Shown piece after piece: positions 36,461-48,810 of a DNA stretch of 64,000 nucleotides; positions within the stretch are counted from its first letter, which is position 1; each line of letters starts with the position of its first letter. Both the position numbers and the translations under genes were made by a program. The notes under the pieces were generated by a model. That model was not told the origin of the DNA, did no database searches, and worked only from the letters and a program-made list of their open reading frames with translations. The stretch is taken from assembly GCA_036172245.1 (NCBI GenBank), contig JAYWIR010000002.1, forward strand, positions 6,944,001 to 7,008,000. The letters are read 5' to 3'. Origin of the DNA: Raillietiella orientalis. Lineage: Eukaryota.

Positions 36461-37769
36461 AGCTGCACAGTACGAAATGAGGGCTGCTCCCCGTGGGAGG
36501 GCAACCCCAAAGGGAGCCACCCGTTCCTGATTCTCACTGGAGGAACCCCCCGGAAAAAGGCGGCCCTTGTTTCTTTTTTGCTCGCGCGCGCTGGCGAAAG
36601 GGATGATTCCGAATCTCAAGGAATCCTTCCCGCTTCCTACTAGAGGAAGGAGTCCAGTTGAGGGCGAGAGTGTGCTCCCCCCTCCTCCGACGTTCTTTCC
36701 TTGAGAGGCGATCGACGAGCGTTCTCGTGACGATCGCTCCCTGGACCAGACTTCCCGCGCCATCGGAGCAGGTTCGATGCTCGCCGCCACTGCCGGGCGC
36801 TTCCCCTGTACGAGGGTGGCGGGATCGGAGAGACGGGAGGAGAGCGCAGCTGCCATGAGGAGCTTCCGATTCCGGAGGCATTAGGAGGCGGGCCGGAAAT
36901 GACGCGCGGACTGGCTGTGTCGCCAGGCGGAATAGCTGGCGCTGGCAGGACAGGCTCGGGGGCACTCCGTGCGTCCGCAAGCTGCGTTCTCCTCGCCTCC
37001 GAGGAATCACTGCGAGTTGCAGAACGAGCGACCGTGGCTGCTCCCGCACGGCCAGCCCGGGAATCGGGGACGGGTGGCGGCGGCAACCGCGAGGAGCACC
37101 AGCGTCGGCGTCGGGCCACACCTGAAAGTTCCGCTCCGAGCCCACGCCTTGGGAGGCCCACGCCACCCTGTGGAGGGCCCGAACGCTGCGGCCTTCCCTC
37201 CACCGAGAGCTAAAGAATATTCCCCTTGACGAGAACATCCTGCCTCCTCCCTAACCATGCACCCCATCCAGAAAGGAATGGAGGAGCACCCAGGAAGCCT
37301 TCTGGTGCGCTCCGAGCTGGAACCCATCAGCGCCTTCTCTTGGAACTTCTGGTCTCTTCAAACAGCCGCAGCCTGAAGATGCTTCGCGCCGGACGCCACT
37401 TTCCTCCGTCCCTCCTTCCTCTGCTCGTTGGCGCTCCCCTATTCCGGGAATCTTTCCCGCGCGCTTCCTCTTCCCGCAGGATTCGCGACGAGCCGCAGAC
37501 CCAGGGCGCGAAGGTTGTCATGGCAGCCTCCTTCGGTTCGCCCGGAGCGTCGCTTCCTCTTCGACTGTCTTGGGGAGGGGGCGTATCGGAAGAACTCCCC
37601 TCACTCTCCGGTCGCGGCTGCGCCACGGGGCAATCCTGGTTCGACCGTGACACGCCTTCGCTGGTCAGCACCAGTCCTTCACACCCCAACTCCCTAGGTG
37701 CGTTGCAAGTCCTCTAAGAAGCTCACAGGGGCATCCTTTCTTTTCTTTTCTTTTTTTTTTACGGCTACA

Positions 37770-38460
37770 AAGGAAGATGTCCGTTCCTCTTGCCGGTAAG
37801 GAGCCTTTCCAGGAATACGACACTTGCGCTTGGGGAGAACCCTCCACAGGTTGTCCCCAAAGGGAACCCGGAAGTGATCCGCTCCTGAAATTTCTTCTCC
37901 GGAGGGACACCCCAGAAAGGATCCGTTCTTGGTTTCCTTCTCCTCTGAAGAGAACCCCTAAAGGATGCTTCCCGATTTCTCTGAAGGACGCTTCTTAGCA
38001 CTCTGGAGAGGCAATCCCCCGGAGAGGGATATATCAACCAGCACCATGGTGAGGCTCCGCTTTCTCAACTGGTGGGAAAGCCCGAAAGGCTCCTTGATGT
38101 CCTGGAAGGATCCCGGAGGGTCGACTTCCAATCCCGGAGGCCAGTCAACCGGGACATCCGGTTTCCACCCGAAGCCCATAGGCCAACCAGCGTCGTCCTG
38201 CGGGGAGGCTCGAAATCCCCACGGCGCATTCTCACCCGTTCTCGGCGTCGATCCCCTACCCGGGTTTGAATCCGAGGGCATCTTCTGCTGTCCAAACTCC
38301 TCCTCTTTCTCCAGGCACGGGCGGGATTTTCGCGGTGACTTCAGAAGCGAAGAGAATCGCATCTTCGCCCACTGCCGACCCGCCTTCGCCCCCGAGGCGG
38401 CGAGAGGCCCAGAACCCCTGTCCCGGAAGGGTTTCTTCTCTCTCGTGCCCACCTCCAAGC
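37770..38460 (-). mobile_element. Family A copy
   Basis: WKPDVPVDWPPGLEVDPPGSFQDIKEPFG; upstream part also resembles 4700-4980. Confidence 0.75.
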
Positions 38461-38699
38461 GCCGAAAGAGGTTTCCTAAGCGCGGCGATTGATCGTCAGA
38501 GCTAGCTCGTTTACCCCATCGCGGCGCCACTTGCCAGACACCTTCCCGGGAACAAAGGACGGAAGACGCTGCTGCTGGCAATTAGGAGCGCTCGCGGAAA
38601 GGAAGATAATCAGCGGCGGCGCTCTCCCGTGAACCACTCCCTCCCTCCCCGAGCAATCCCATTCAGACTCCGTGAAGAGCGCCATTCTCGGAGCTTGCG

Positions 38700-39181
38700 G
38701 AGCAGAAAGAGAATCTGCATCATCTGCAGCGAGGGGTAGGACGAGGAGGACTGCTGACGACCGTCTTTTGACAGCGCGGCACTTGCACCTCGGCCTCTTT
38801 GCCAGAGGTCGCGCGGGCCTCCGGCGCCAGAACTCGTCCGGGCACGCGGGCGCACCCGACCGGGCACCTCCTCCCGGCTTCCCTCCATCTGAGGGTATAC
38901 ACAGATGGAACTTGCCGGCATCCTGAAAAGGATGCAGAGGACGCCCTCCAGCTCCCGGTGATCCCTTCCGCAACCTTCCCACTTTTGGAGTGTATATGTT
39001 GGGTTTTGTTTTTATTTATTATTTTTGTTTGTCCCTCCGCTGACGAGGCGAACCTCGCCGGCCTGCATACCGGTTACTCGGCAGGTTCCGAACTCTTTCG
39101 GAAGCTGTAGGGCGACGGCCCTATACTTTGTGTGTTCATTTTTACCATAAACCATTTTAAACCCCGGTGCACCCGGGTGTT
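38700..39181 (+). mobile_element. Tx1-like 3' end
   Basis: ggaacttgccggcatcct..ggatgcagaggacgccctccagc shared with 48340-48385 and 43550-43600 (-); ends aaaccccggtgcacccgggtgt. Confidence 0.65.
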
Positions 39182-40879
39182 AATCTACCCGTCCTCCGCG
39201 ACGAAAGACGCGGCTACTGCCTTGGAATCCTGGAGCCGGTATTTGCTAGGGACGCGCCTCTTTCCCCGTCACGCGAGGTGGGCGCAGCTGCGCCTGCGTC
39301 CGGCTTCCGAAGGATCCGCACATGCTGGACTAGACCTCACACACCTGACCGCAGAGACCCCCCTTCCTCCGCGAGGAGTGCATCCATTCCGGCCCGCGCC
39401 GACTATGTACCGCCGTCCGTTCGCCCGGATGGTGATGAGATGAAACTCCCAAAAGATGAGACACGGTCGGTGAATGGGGGTGACGAAACTCCACGTCCCG
39501 ACCATTTCGGGAAGACGAGAGATCAGCTGCCGCTCCTCGCTCGGTGCCTGGAACAGCAACAGAATCCCTGAAAGCATCGAAAAAAGGGGGTCTAGGCCCG
39601 AGCCATTATTCTGACTTGCTGGCCTCCTTAAAGTCCATCATTACGTGCAGAGAGACCAGTGCATCTCTCATCACCATCATTAGGTTCACGGATTCAGCAC
39701 GCGTGAAAATTAATTCAGCACCTCTTGATCCACAGGGATGAGGGGGGGGGGAGGGGAAGAAAAAAAGGGATCCCTGAAACACTAACAGGAACGGGAGTTC
39801 CCGGGGTACGTGGTGTTTGTTAAGTCGCCCGAAAGCTGGAGTTCCGCCAGCTGCAATCATCGTGCTCCAGCCAGCCGAAGATTTCGACGGTTGTTGCGCT
39901 CATTCACCACGCGAGCGGCGCTTGCCGCTGCCTCCATCTGACGGCTGGTGGGACCGACGGTGCGCTCTCCATAGATGGCGCGCTCTTTCATTTTACGCCG
40001 GCATCGTCCGCTGCTGCTGCACGTTCGCGCGCGGGCGCGCACGCACCGGTGCGGTCCAGACGAAAAAGCTGTGTGTGTGTGCTTTTCCTTCCATTTTTTC
40101 CCCGCTCGCGCGAGCTTATCTCCCGGTTGGAGCAGGACGATTTATTTTCGCGCATTCCCGGCCCGCGCGCCCGCCTTTTGTTTGCCTCGTTCCCAAACAC
40201 AGGCAACCGCTCCCGGCGCGCATATGTAAACGCTTAATGGAAAACTTCTGCCGCACTTGTGCTCCCGAACAGACGCACGGGTGCATAATAAATCACTTTT
40301 TTTCCAGGAAAGTCACGGAAAGCATGGAATAATATTAATTATTATTATTATTATGCGAAACCAGCAGTTCGGAGCTGCTGCGCCTGTTAGCAGGGGGAAG
40401 GCCGGCGCCGAACCTACCTTTTGGGGAAAGCACGGGGGGAACGGGAGAAGCGGCGCTCGGACGCGCGCCGCACGGGAGCCACCGTCCCCATCCCGAGATT
40501 CGAGGCCGGGAACCGCCGCCGTGACCACCACCAACAACAACTACAACCAGGAAGCCGGCATTCTTTCGTGCCACCGGGAAATCCAAGAGCGGCCGGCCGA
40601 GCGCGCGGGCAAAAGGGGGGGAGGACGGGGCACGGTGAGCAAGTTCGCCGTTCCCCCTAGCAACCGGATGCTGGCTGCATGCAGCAACTCGTCCGCGGGC
40701 CCTTGCAGCAGCCCGGCGGAACGACCTGCGGCGCTACGAGGAGCAGTCCGTGAGGAATTCTTGCCGGTCAGCGTTCCCGTCGGGCACGGTCTCCCGTTTC
40801 GGAGGTTCGCCTTTGAAACTCCTCTCCCCCACCCTGCCGCTTTCGTCGGGCTGCATCGGAGGGAGGAGGGAAGGAGGGA

Positions 40880-41590
40880 CGCGCGCGGGTTGCGCCGTAG
40901 AACTGGCTGCTGCCTGGCGCCGCCAAATCGTCGCGGGTTCGAACCCAACCCGGATACGGATGGATGCCGAGAATGGGGAGTGCGTCGTGAATGGGTCCCG
41001 AGTCTCCCTTTCCCTACGCTGGTTGACCTCGGGTGGCTTCGGGTGTAGCGGCACTGATGGAAACCAGAAACCCCTGGATGCCCCCGTTGGCTGGCAGGGA
41101 CTGGGAGTTGACCATCCGGGGTCCCTTCCAGGACATCGAGGAGCCCTTCGGGATTCCCCTCCGGTTGAGAAAATGGGGCCGCCCCCACTATGGAGGAGGG
41201 ACCCTCCATAGCAGCATCATGAAGCTGGTTGGTATCCCCTTAGAGGTGGGGGTGGGGTGGGGGTCGCCTCTCCAGAGTGTAAGAAGCGCGCCGCTCCCTT
41301 CGGGGTTCTCTTCAGAGGAAGACGAAACAGGGAGAGCTTCCTCCCGGGTTCCCTCTGGAGAAGAAATAATCCAGTGGCCCCCTACGGGGAATCCTTCCGG
41401 AGAGAATCAGGAAGAGGCGGTTCCCTTCGGGATTCCCTCCCAGGCGCGAGAGGAACGGAGCCCTTCCTGGATTCACGGTGCGGTGCCTCCGAACTGGAAG
41501 AGTCACAGGCGTCCTCGGGTCGCGTGCAACAGCGTTAAAGAGGCTGCATGAGACGCCAGACGAACGATGGTTTTTCAGTACAGCGAAATA
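40880..41590 (+). mobile_element. Family A copy
   Basis: gcgggttcgaaccc..gttgaccatccggggtcccttccaggacatc..ccttcctggattcac..aactggaagagt. Confidence 0.75.
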
Positions 41591-42849
41591 GAAGAACATA
41601 ATGGGGCCAAGCACCTGAGCCCGAAGGCGTCTGACCTTTTGGGCTGCGCCGTTTTCGGTGCGTCTCCAGTGGCCGTACGGCTTCCCCTCCTTGCCCCATC
41701 CAGCAGGCCGCACGAAGCGAGTCGCGCGCGGCGGGCTCGCGCAGCGACACAGCACTTCGGACACGGAGCGCGCGCTTCCCGCACGAGCGGGTGAACCGAA
41801 AGCGAGGGAGGGAGGGAGGAACCCGGAGAAAGGGAGGAACGTCCGTCGAGGGACGCGCGCGGAGTTGGTCCTCAGCCAAAGCCCTGCGGCGGTGGCCCAC
41901 CCCCTTCGCGCGGCATCCACGCGTCTCCCTGGGCCTTTTCGGGACATCGCGCTGGGAGCCGGGAACCTCGCAGGGAGCAAAAAAAAAAAACCCGTCTGTT
42001 CCCTTTTCTTCGGTTTTCCCGCGGCGCCTGCGTCGTGACCATGGCCACCGCATCCCGTTCGGGGACGCCGCATTCCGGTCGCCTCCCCTCCCCCTCGCTT
42101 GCTCGGCCACCCTCGCGCGCGTTTTAATTATGGCGCCAGCGCTGCACGTGAAGCGGTGATTTCCTCTTTGGATCCGGGAAACGGCAGCAGCAGTCTCTCG
42201 CGAGCATGAAGAGCGCAGTCGTGAGACTACAGCGATCACGTATTAGTAATTACCGAGCTTACCGGAGGCAGCTGAAAAATCGTTTCATAAAACAAATCCT
42301 GGTCAGGTGGCCGATGATGGGCATCATGCCGAACGGCCCGGTACGTGATTGGACGTGGCGCGTAATTAATTTTCGCCAAAGACATATTCATGCGTCAGTT
42401 AGTTACCGTTGTTAATGACCTCTAAATGGGCATGCGACTATGCCGCCCGATCAGCTGTTCAGCCCTTCAGAGCAGATGCACTCCCCCCCCTCCCCATGTT
42501 TGAATTGGGACGACTCCGCCAAGCACACTACAAGCCGCATCGCTCTCCCTTCCCATGGGCACGAGAGCATCAATCACCATCCCAGCCTCCTTTGCAGCCA
42601 GGGAGCCAGCTTTCCCGCGCCGCCGCTGCCGCCAGCCTCGATCGCAGTCCTCATGAAGGCGCCCGCCGGTATCACTGGATAAGGGGGGGGGGAGGAGGAG
42701 GGAGGGGAACCCGAACTGTGCCAGGAGCGGAGAGAGCGAATCCTCTCCTGCACATGCTTGTAGGATTGTGCTGTCCACCGGCCCCTCTGGGAACGTTTTG
42801 CCACGACCCTGTGAACCCCCCGGCGGCCACTTCAGGGACGCTGTAAGGC

Positions 42850-43315
42850 CCCTTCTCCTACGCGACGCACTTCGGCCGGCAGCCTCGCCACCAGCAGCTC
42901 TCCGCTGCCCGCGCAGGACCGTCGTTTCCTGGAGAGACGCAAGAGGAGAGCACAGCGACAGGGGTGCCACATCCACTTTGCAGTCCGCTTCATAAGGATG
43001 GCAACGAGATGACCCCACCTGGAAAACCTCATCCAGCAAGAGCTTGCCGGCATCCTCGAGAGAATTCAGAGGACCGTCCCCCCCCCCCCAGCGGAACGTG
43101 ATCTCTTCTCTCACTCCCCCTCACTCCCCTTAAGCTTCTTTTTATTTTTGTTTTTGTTTTTGTCTGCTGCCTCCCCTCTATTGCCGTGGCGTACTACACC
43201 GGTTTGCGCACCGGTAACGCGGCAGATTTGTTCCGAAAACGGACGTGGCTGGACCACGGGTCCAACCTCAAGGATTGTAAACGTTTGTTTTTCATATGAA
43301 ATAAATAAACGCCCC
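42850..43315 (+). mobile_element. Tx1-like 3' end, truncated inside its terminal motif
   Basis: gagcttgccggcatcctcgag, T-rich UTR, ends aataaacgcccc. Confidence 0.6.
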
Positions 43316-44500
43316 TGTTGATATCCGGTCACGACGGGGCGTTTATTCAAAACATAAACATATAGGGAAGTGGTAGGATGGCAGGAAGTGGCAGTGATCC
43401 TGCAACATTACACGGATGTACGAGAGGAACCTTCCGAGAACCGGCGCGCATGCTGGCGAGGTTCTCCTCGGCAGCACAGGGAGAGGGACGACAAACAAAA
43501 AGAAAAATAAAAGGAAAAAATGCAAAAAAAGTGGGGAGTTCGGGAAGGAATCACTGCGTGCTGGAGGGTGTCCTCTGCATCCTTGTAAGGGTACCAGCAA
43601 GTTCCTGTTTTAGGGCTCCCAGATGCGGCCACCTTGACGCTGTCCTCAGGAAAAGGACTGCAAAATAGATGGCCTCCTCTGGAGTTGCTCCATGCAGCCA
43701 CGATCCCGCTGCGTAAGCAGCAAAGTGTTGCTAGGGATGCTGCCGGTTTGAGGACGTCGCGCAGGAAGAGGCGCTTTAAATCGTTTCTGGGGGTGCTCTA
43801 AACGTCTCGGAGCACCCGAGTGATAATCCACTCACTGCCTCCCCCCCTGAGGACATCATATACTCTGTGCCCATCCTTCTTCCCGAGGTGGCAAACGAGC
43901 AACATATGAAACCACGCCATCTCCTCCATCAAACCCGAGGTTCTTTGTTCATGTCCCATCGCCATCCATCGCTCCCATCAATAACCCTGAAACTATCTTT
44001 TGCTGAACAGATTCACGCCATCCCTTCCGTTCTCTGCGGGACTCCGGGACACAGCCTCAGGTCGTTCCTTCCCGAAGCCACGACGAAGAGGTCTTTAAGC
44101 AGATTCGGCTTCTGGTTCACGAAACTCCCCGGTACATACGATGGACTTCTCCGAGCCACCTTCTTCCAAAGTGGATTTGCGGAAGCAAACGTTTCCGGGG
44201 ACGCTGGAGATCACTCGAGCCGCGATCTGAGGATGCTCCAAGGTGACTGAGGGTGAAAGCTCGGATCCAAATTGGAGCGAACCGGTCGAAGAAAGAGGAA
44301 AAGAGAGAAGGCAAGATTCATTCTGACACCTTCGATGGCTGTCCCCGGGCATGCAAGACGGCCTCGGGGTGCTTTCGGGATGCACCAGCTCCTGGAAAGC
44401 GCAACCGTGTGTCCTGCAAGAGAATTCCCCACGAGCTTGCCCCTCCACCCCCACCCCGTATTCAGTGACGCCCGGTACATAGCGGGGAAGCAGGCTCCGT
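43316..44500 (-). mobile_element. Tx1-like ORF2 C-terminus and 3' UTR
   Basis: VARLPPRE..CPQG zf-like relic; FKAPLPARRPQTG homologous to FKAPLPVQRPQAG at 48170; ends aataaacgccccgtcgtgaccggatatcaaca. Confidence 0.65.
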
Positions 44501-45649
44501 GGCTGCGAGGGGAAACCGGGATTCCACGAATCCGTGGCAACGCCGAACGCAACGCGCGCGCGGCGTCTCGTGCGTTTGGAGCACGCTGCAGACGGTGCTC
44601 TGCGGCGGAAGGAACATCCATCAAAAATGGCTCCTTTTCTGGACATTTCAACACGCACCTGGAGTGTGCCCTGGAAACACAACGTCGCCGACCGGTCTCG
44701 GCAGCAAGCCCTAAGATGCTGAGAAACTGCCTTCCGAGCGCGCGCGCACCTTCGTGTCTGAGGCCCCCCGTTCGGAGACAGATTTGCATTTTCCGATCCG
44801 CGTTCGTGATCGTGCGTTCTGCGTACGTTTCCCGCGTAACCAGATCTGTGTCCTCATTGAAATTTCCACGCTGACGTGCGAGGTTTTCCAACGGAGGTAA
44901 CCGAAAACATGCAAAAAGACATGAGGTAGCCAAGCAGGCACAATTGGCGGGGAAGGATACAGCTGGGAAAAAAAAGGAAAAAGGAACGAGTGGAAAGTCA
45001 CTGTTCCACCTTCAACCTCAGAGATAGAAATGGAAACTCGCTGGTTTCCGGTTTCATTAGCTTATTAATGCTTTTATGCTCCGCGTCTCTCTTCGAATGA
45101 GTTCTTGATGGCACGCTCGACTAGTCGCGCGCCGGAATACCAACTTTTAGGGATTGGAAGCGTTGAATCCGTTCCCGACTTCACAAAAGTGTGTTTCGAG
45201 GATTGCATTCCGAATGCCTTCTCTTGACATGCATGAGCGTCCAGGCTTCTTTCGCCCGCGCGCGCCCGTACCGTGAAGACGGTCTCGAGAAGAGAAAAAG
45301 CACTTTGCATTCGGAAATCACGTTTCCATCCTGTTTTCGGAATCGCCCAAGAGACAGCGGGTAGTCGTGGATTCCAGAAGCGGCACGTCCGGAAGAATGA
45401 AACCGTTTGCCTGTGTGTAAATGGTACAGGGAAACGGTACAACGGCCGCCTCATCTCGGCCATGAAGATGGCCGTCAGGTGCTGTTGCTGCGCTTGTCCG
45501 CCGTCTGCCCTCGCGGCTGGCTTGCCGTCACTTGTTGCTGCTGCCTCCGAGAAACGAAGAATCCAGAGCGACCCTTCCCTTAACGCAAGGATGCTTTCGA
45601 CTTCCTGACGAGAGGAACGTGTCGGTTCACGATCCCCAGATCCCTAATC

Positions 45650-46300
45650 GTTGAGGAATTTCGGATTAGGGGAGCAGGCGTCACAGGATGCGGATCAAGT
45701 TGCGGCCTTGCAGCCTGAGACTGTTCGGAACACTGACAATCTGTGTTAACCCGGAAACACGCTGCTTTCGTCACTCTTTGTCACATCTGTGGCATCATCC
45801 ATCAACTTTTACAAGGAGCGCTCCGGTTTGTACGCGAGGTGCGCATTTCTGTGGAAACCACCCCATAGTTTCTGCGTGGCACCTTGCGGAAACGGAAGGT
45901 TCCAGCGTGAGGTGCGCGTCCCATCGTGCAGACGCAAAGGTGGTCAGCTGCTCGAACGAGCGGCGGCGCACTTCCTTCGCAGTCACGAGGGGAAACATCC
46001 CGGAATCGAGAAAGGTGAACTCCGAGTGTCCCTGGCAACGGGTACGAGATGATTTACATGCAGACTGGTTTTTCGAAGCTCTCGAGAGCCCCGAAATCCA
46101 TGCAGCAACCAAGACGTTCCCTTCTTTTGCTCGATGACCTCTCCTTCAGCCTTTCCCGAGTCCCGAAATCCTATTGCATGGGTGTTAGCCGCCATCATTC
46201 GAGCTTTCGAACGACAAGCAGCCAAGCGAAACCAAGGAAACGGAAATCCAGCTGCATTGGAGGAGAGATCGTGTTCAAGGTCTCACAGCCGATAGCAGTG
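45650..46300 (-). mobile_element. Gypsy-like LTR retrotransposon RT remnant
   Basis: RLGCCMDFGAL..SYPLP and HAGTFRFRKVP match the R.C.DFR.LN..YPLP and G.FRF..VPFG motifs. Confidence 0.6.
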
Positions 46301-46579
46301 CAGGTCCACATCCGGGAGTAAACATTCCGTTCCTCGTCGGAGTTTACAGGCAAACCAGCGCCACCGAGTTGACGTCGGTGCTTCCTTCCTTTCTGGGAGA
46401 GGATTCCTTCGCTTCCTTTCGAGACGTCAAAGAGAACAACGACCGAAACCGTCATCGGTCACTTGCGCTTCGGGCCATTTTCGGCCTGAATGCAAAAAAA
46501 AAAGACTCTGCACGAAGAAACCCGCCCTTCTTCTCTTCGTCTAAATGACATTTTTGACCTGGAAGCTTTTATGCGGCAA

Positions 46580-47250
46580 TCCTTTCGGGATAATGATGGA
46601 ACTCCTTCTGGGTCCTTCCGTTTTCGCTGCTCTCCTTGGAGCTGTTTCTTTCTTCTTTTCTGAAAGTACTGAAGAACCGTTCGCCTTCTTGGAGGGTGTG
46701 CTCCCAGAGCTCTCTGACGCTATCCATGCCACCCGAGGGTGCGTGCAACTCTTCAATTTATAGGGAGAAGCCCCGTAGGAACCACCCTGTGAATCCGGGA
46801 AGGGCTCCGGAGGCAGGAGTCCGCTCCTCACGTTTGGGAGGGAATCGCATCTCCCTTATCCTTTCCGGAGGGAGCTCCGGAAAGGATCCACTCCTTGTTC
46901 TCTCCTCCTCTGAAGAGAACCTTGAAGGGACGCTGCCAAATTTGTCTGGAGGGCTCTCTCCGAAAGGAGCAATGCACTTCTGACACTCGGGAAACGTAGC
47001 CAACCCCCCGAGAGGGGTATCAACCAGCTCCATGGCACGTGTCTATCTCTACAACAGGAAGGGAGCCCCGAAGGAAACCGACTCCTTGGTTCCTGGAAGG
47101 AACTCAGGGGTCAAATTCCAATCTCAGTCAGCCGACGGAGGTACCCATCTTCCGGTTTCCACCGGGCCGCGGTGTGAAACACATTTGTGGCCCCACTCCT
47201 CCGCCCCTTGCTTTTTGTTTGCCCACTCCCATGCAGCACTAGGAAGCGAA
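46580..47250 (-). mobile_element. Family A copy
   Basis: MELVDTPLGG..FPECQK..SVPSRFSSEEE..LPGFTG..GERFFSTF. Confidence 0.75.
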
Positions 47251-47299
47251 CAAAGGACCTCTTCCGGGCAAAGGGAGATAGGTCCCGAGTCCGCCTTAA

Positions 47300-47800
47300 G
47301 GACTTGTGTGCTCCGCGCCGGGACGGCGGTCCAGTCCTCCTCCTGATGCTGGAGCGAAAGGAGCTGCAGCTCCAATTTCGAACACTGGTCCTCATACAAA
47401 AATTCTGGAGCACCACCTGGTGCCAACCTGCACATCTAGTCCAGCAAGCCACAGACAGCGTGGGACTCGCGTCCTTCCTTGCCCACCGCCCACGCAGTCT
47501 CATCCACGGCGGACTGCACCTGCGGCAGGTGGCCACTGGCGAGGAAAAACGGATGGATTTCGTGCCGCCTCGCGAACGGTAGTGCCTAGTTGCAGGGAAC
47601 CGTGCGCACGTGGGCGAGGATCCAGGAGCCAAGCGCGGAACGTTTCCTGTACGCGTGTAACAGCTGCACGCTCCGGGAGATCCTGGAAGATCCTGCGAAA
47701 AGTGCATGGGCAAGCAGAACCACCCTCGCTGCCCTCCCTTAGGGAGCACATGGACAAGTAGCCTTACGGCTAGATGGGAGGTTACCGTGGAAATCTCCTG
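47300..47800 (-). mobile_element. Decayed Tx1-like ORF1 zinc-knuckle region
   Basis: GGTKSIRFSSPVATCRRC..CWTRCAG; directly upstream of a family A body on the same strand. Confidence 0.45.
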
Positions 47801-47849
47801 AAGGAGAAGAAGACTGGGCGAGTGGACGACGGGCCAGAACACCAATGCT

Positions 47850-48622
47850 GCGACCTCGAGTGCTCGACGCCGTGGAATTTTGCGCTGAGGCATGCTACTG
47901 GGTATTCCGGAGGATGACTGCAGTGGTCCCTAGTGCTCATGAATACCCTCACCCTCCCCTTAAAGTGACAGGAGTCGGCATTAATGCTGCTGTATTGAGG
48001 CCTCCCGTGCAACGTCCGCCGGTATCTGTGGACACGGGTGTGTGTGAACCCAAACTGTGCAAGGTGAGGGTGCGGCAATCATTCCCGCACCTCCTAGTGG
48101 ACCGTGTTGCCCTCCAACCTCTAGGGGGAACTTTGCCGCGACTCTTGGAACCCCGGCGGCAACGCCAGGGACATTTTAAAGCTCCTCTTCCTGTGCAGCG
48201 TCCTCAAGCCGGCCGCATCCTTAGCAGCACTTTGCTGCCTACACAGCGGGACTCCGGCTGCATGAAGCAACGACAGGGACGCCATTTATTTTGCTGTCCT
48301 CTTCATGAGGACAGCGCCAAAATGGTCTTATTCGGGGAACTTCCCGGCATCCTTACAAGGATGCAGAGGATGCCCTCCAGCACACAATGATTCCTTCCCT
48401 AACCCCCCACCCCAACCCCCATTTCTTGACTGCAGTTTTTTTGTTTTATGTTTTTCTTTTTGTTTGTTTCCCCTTCCCCTGTGCTGCCGAGGCAAACCCC
48501 GCTTGCCTGCGTGCCAGTTCCCGGCAGATTTCTGTTCGTATCCATAAGTAACGTGGCAGGATCAAGCGTCCTGCTACAGACTGTAGGTTTAGAAATAAAC
48601 ACCCCGGGGTGACCGGGTGTCA
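47850..48622 (+). mobile_element. Tx1-like ORF2 C-terminus and 3' UTR
   Basis: GVCEPKLCK..SFPHLLVD zf-like; ends aataaacaccccggggtgaccgggtgtca. Confidence 0.65.
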
Positions 48623-48639
48623 AGCAGTACCGTCGTTCA

Positions 48640-48810
48640 CCCGCAACCCGTAGTCCAACCAGAGTCGTCCTGCGGAGGAGGACTCGAAAACCCCAAGACG
48701 CATCCCCTTTCCCTCATTTTCGGAGCGTTCCATTCTTACCCGGGCGGAATTCGAACCCGCAGGTGCCACGTGCGGAGGAGACCGCAGCCACACGACCGCC
48801 CAGGCGGGCT
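48640..48810 (-). mobile_element. Family A fragment with tRNA-like segment
   Basis: Minus strand cgtgtggctgcggtctcc..gcgggttcgaattccgccc..ggggatgcgtcttggggttttcgagtc, as at 4985-5110 and 10130-10260. Confidence 0.65.

Noticed and set aside
48594..48625. Terminal motif interpreted as an LTR end (..TGTCA / TCAACA)
   Set aside because: It directly follows LINE ORF2 C-terminal sequence and no paired LTR, PBS or PPT was found
48737..48809. Genuine tRNA gene
   Set aside because: No convincing D arm or anticodon arm; part of a dispersed repeat
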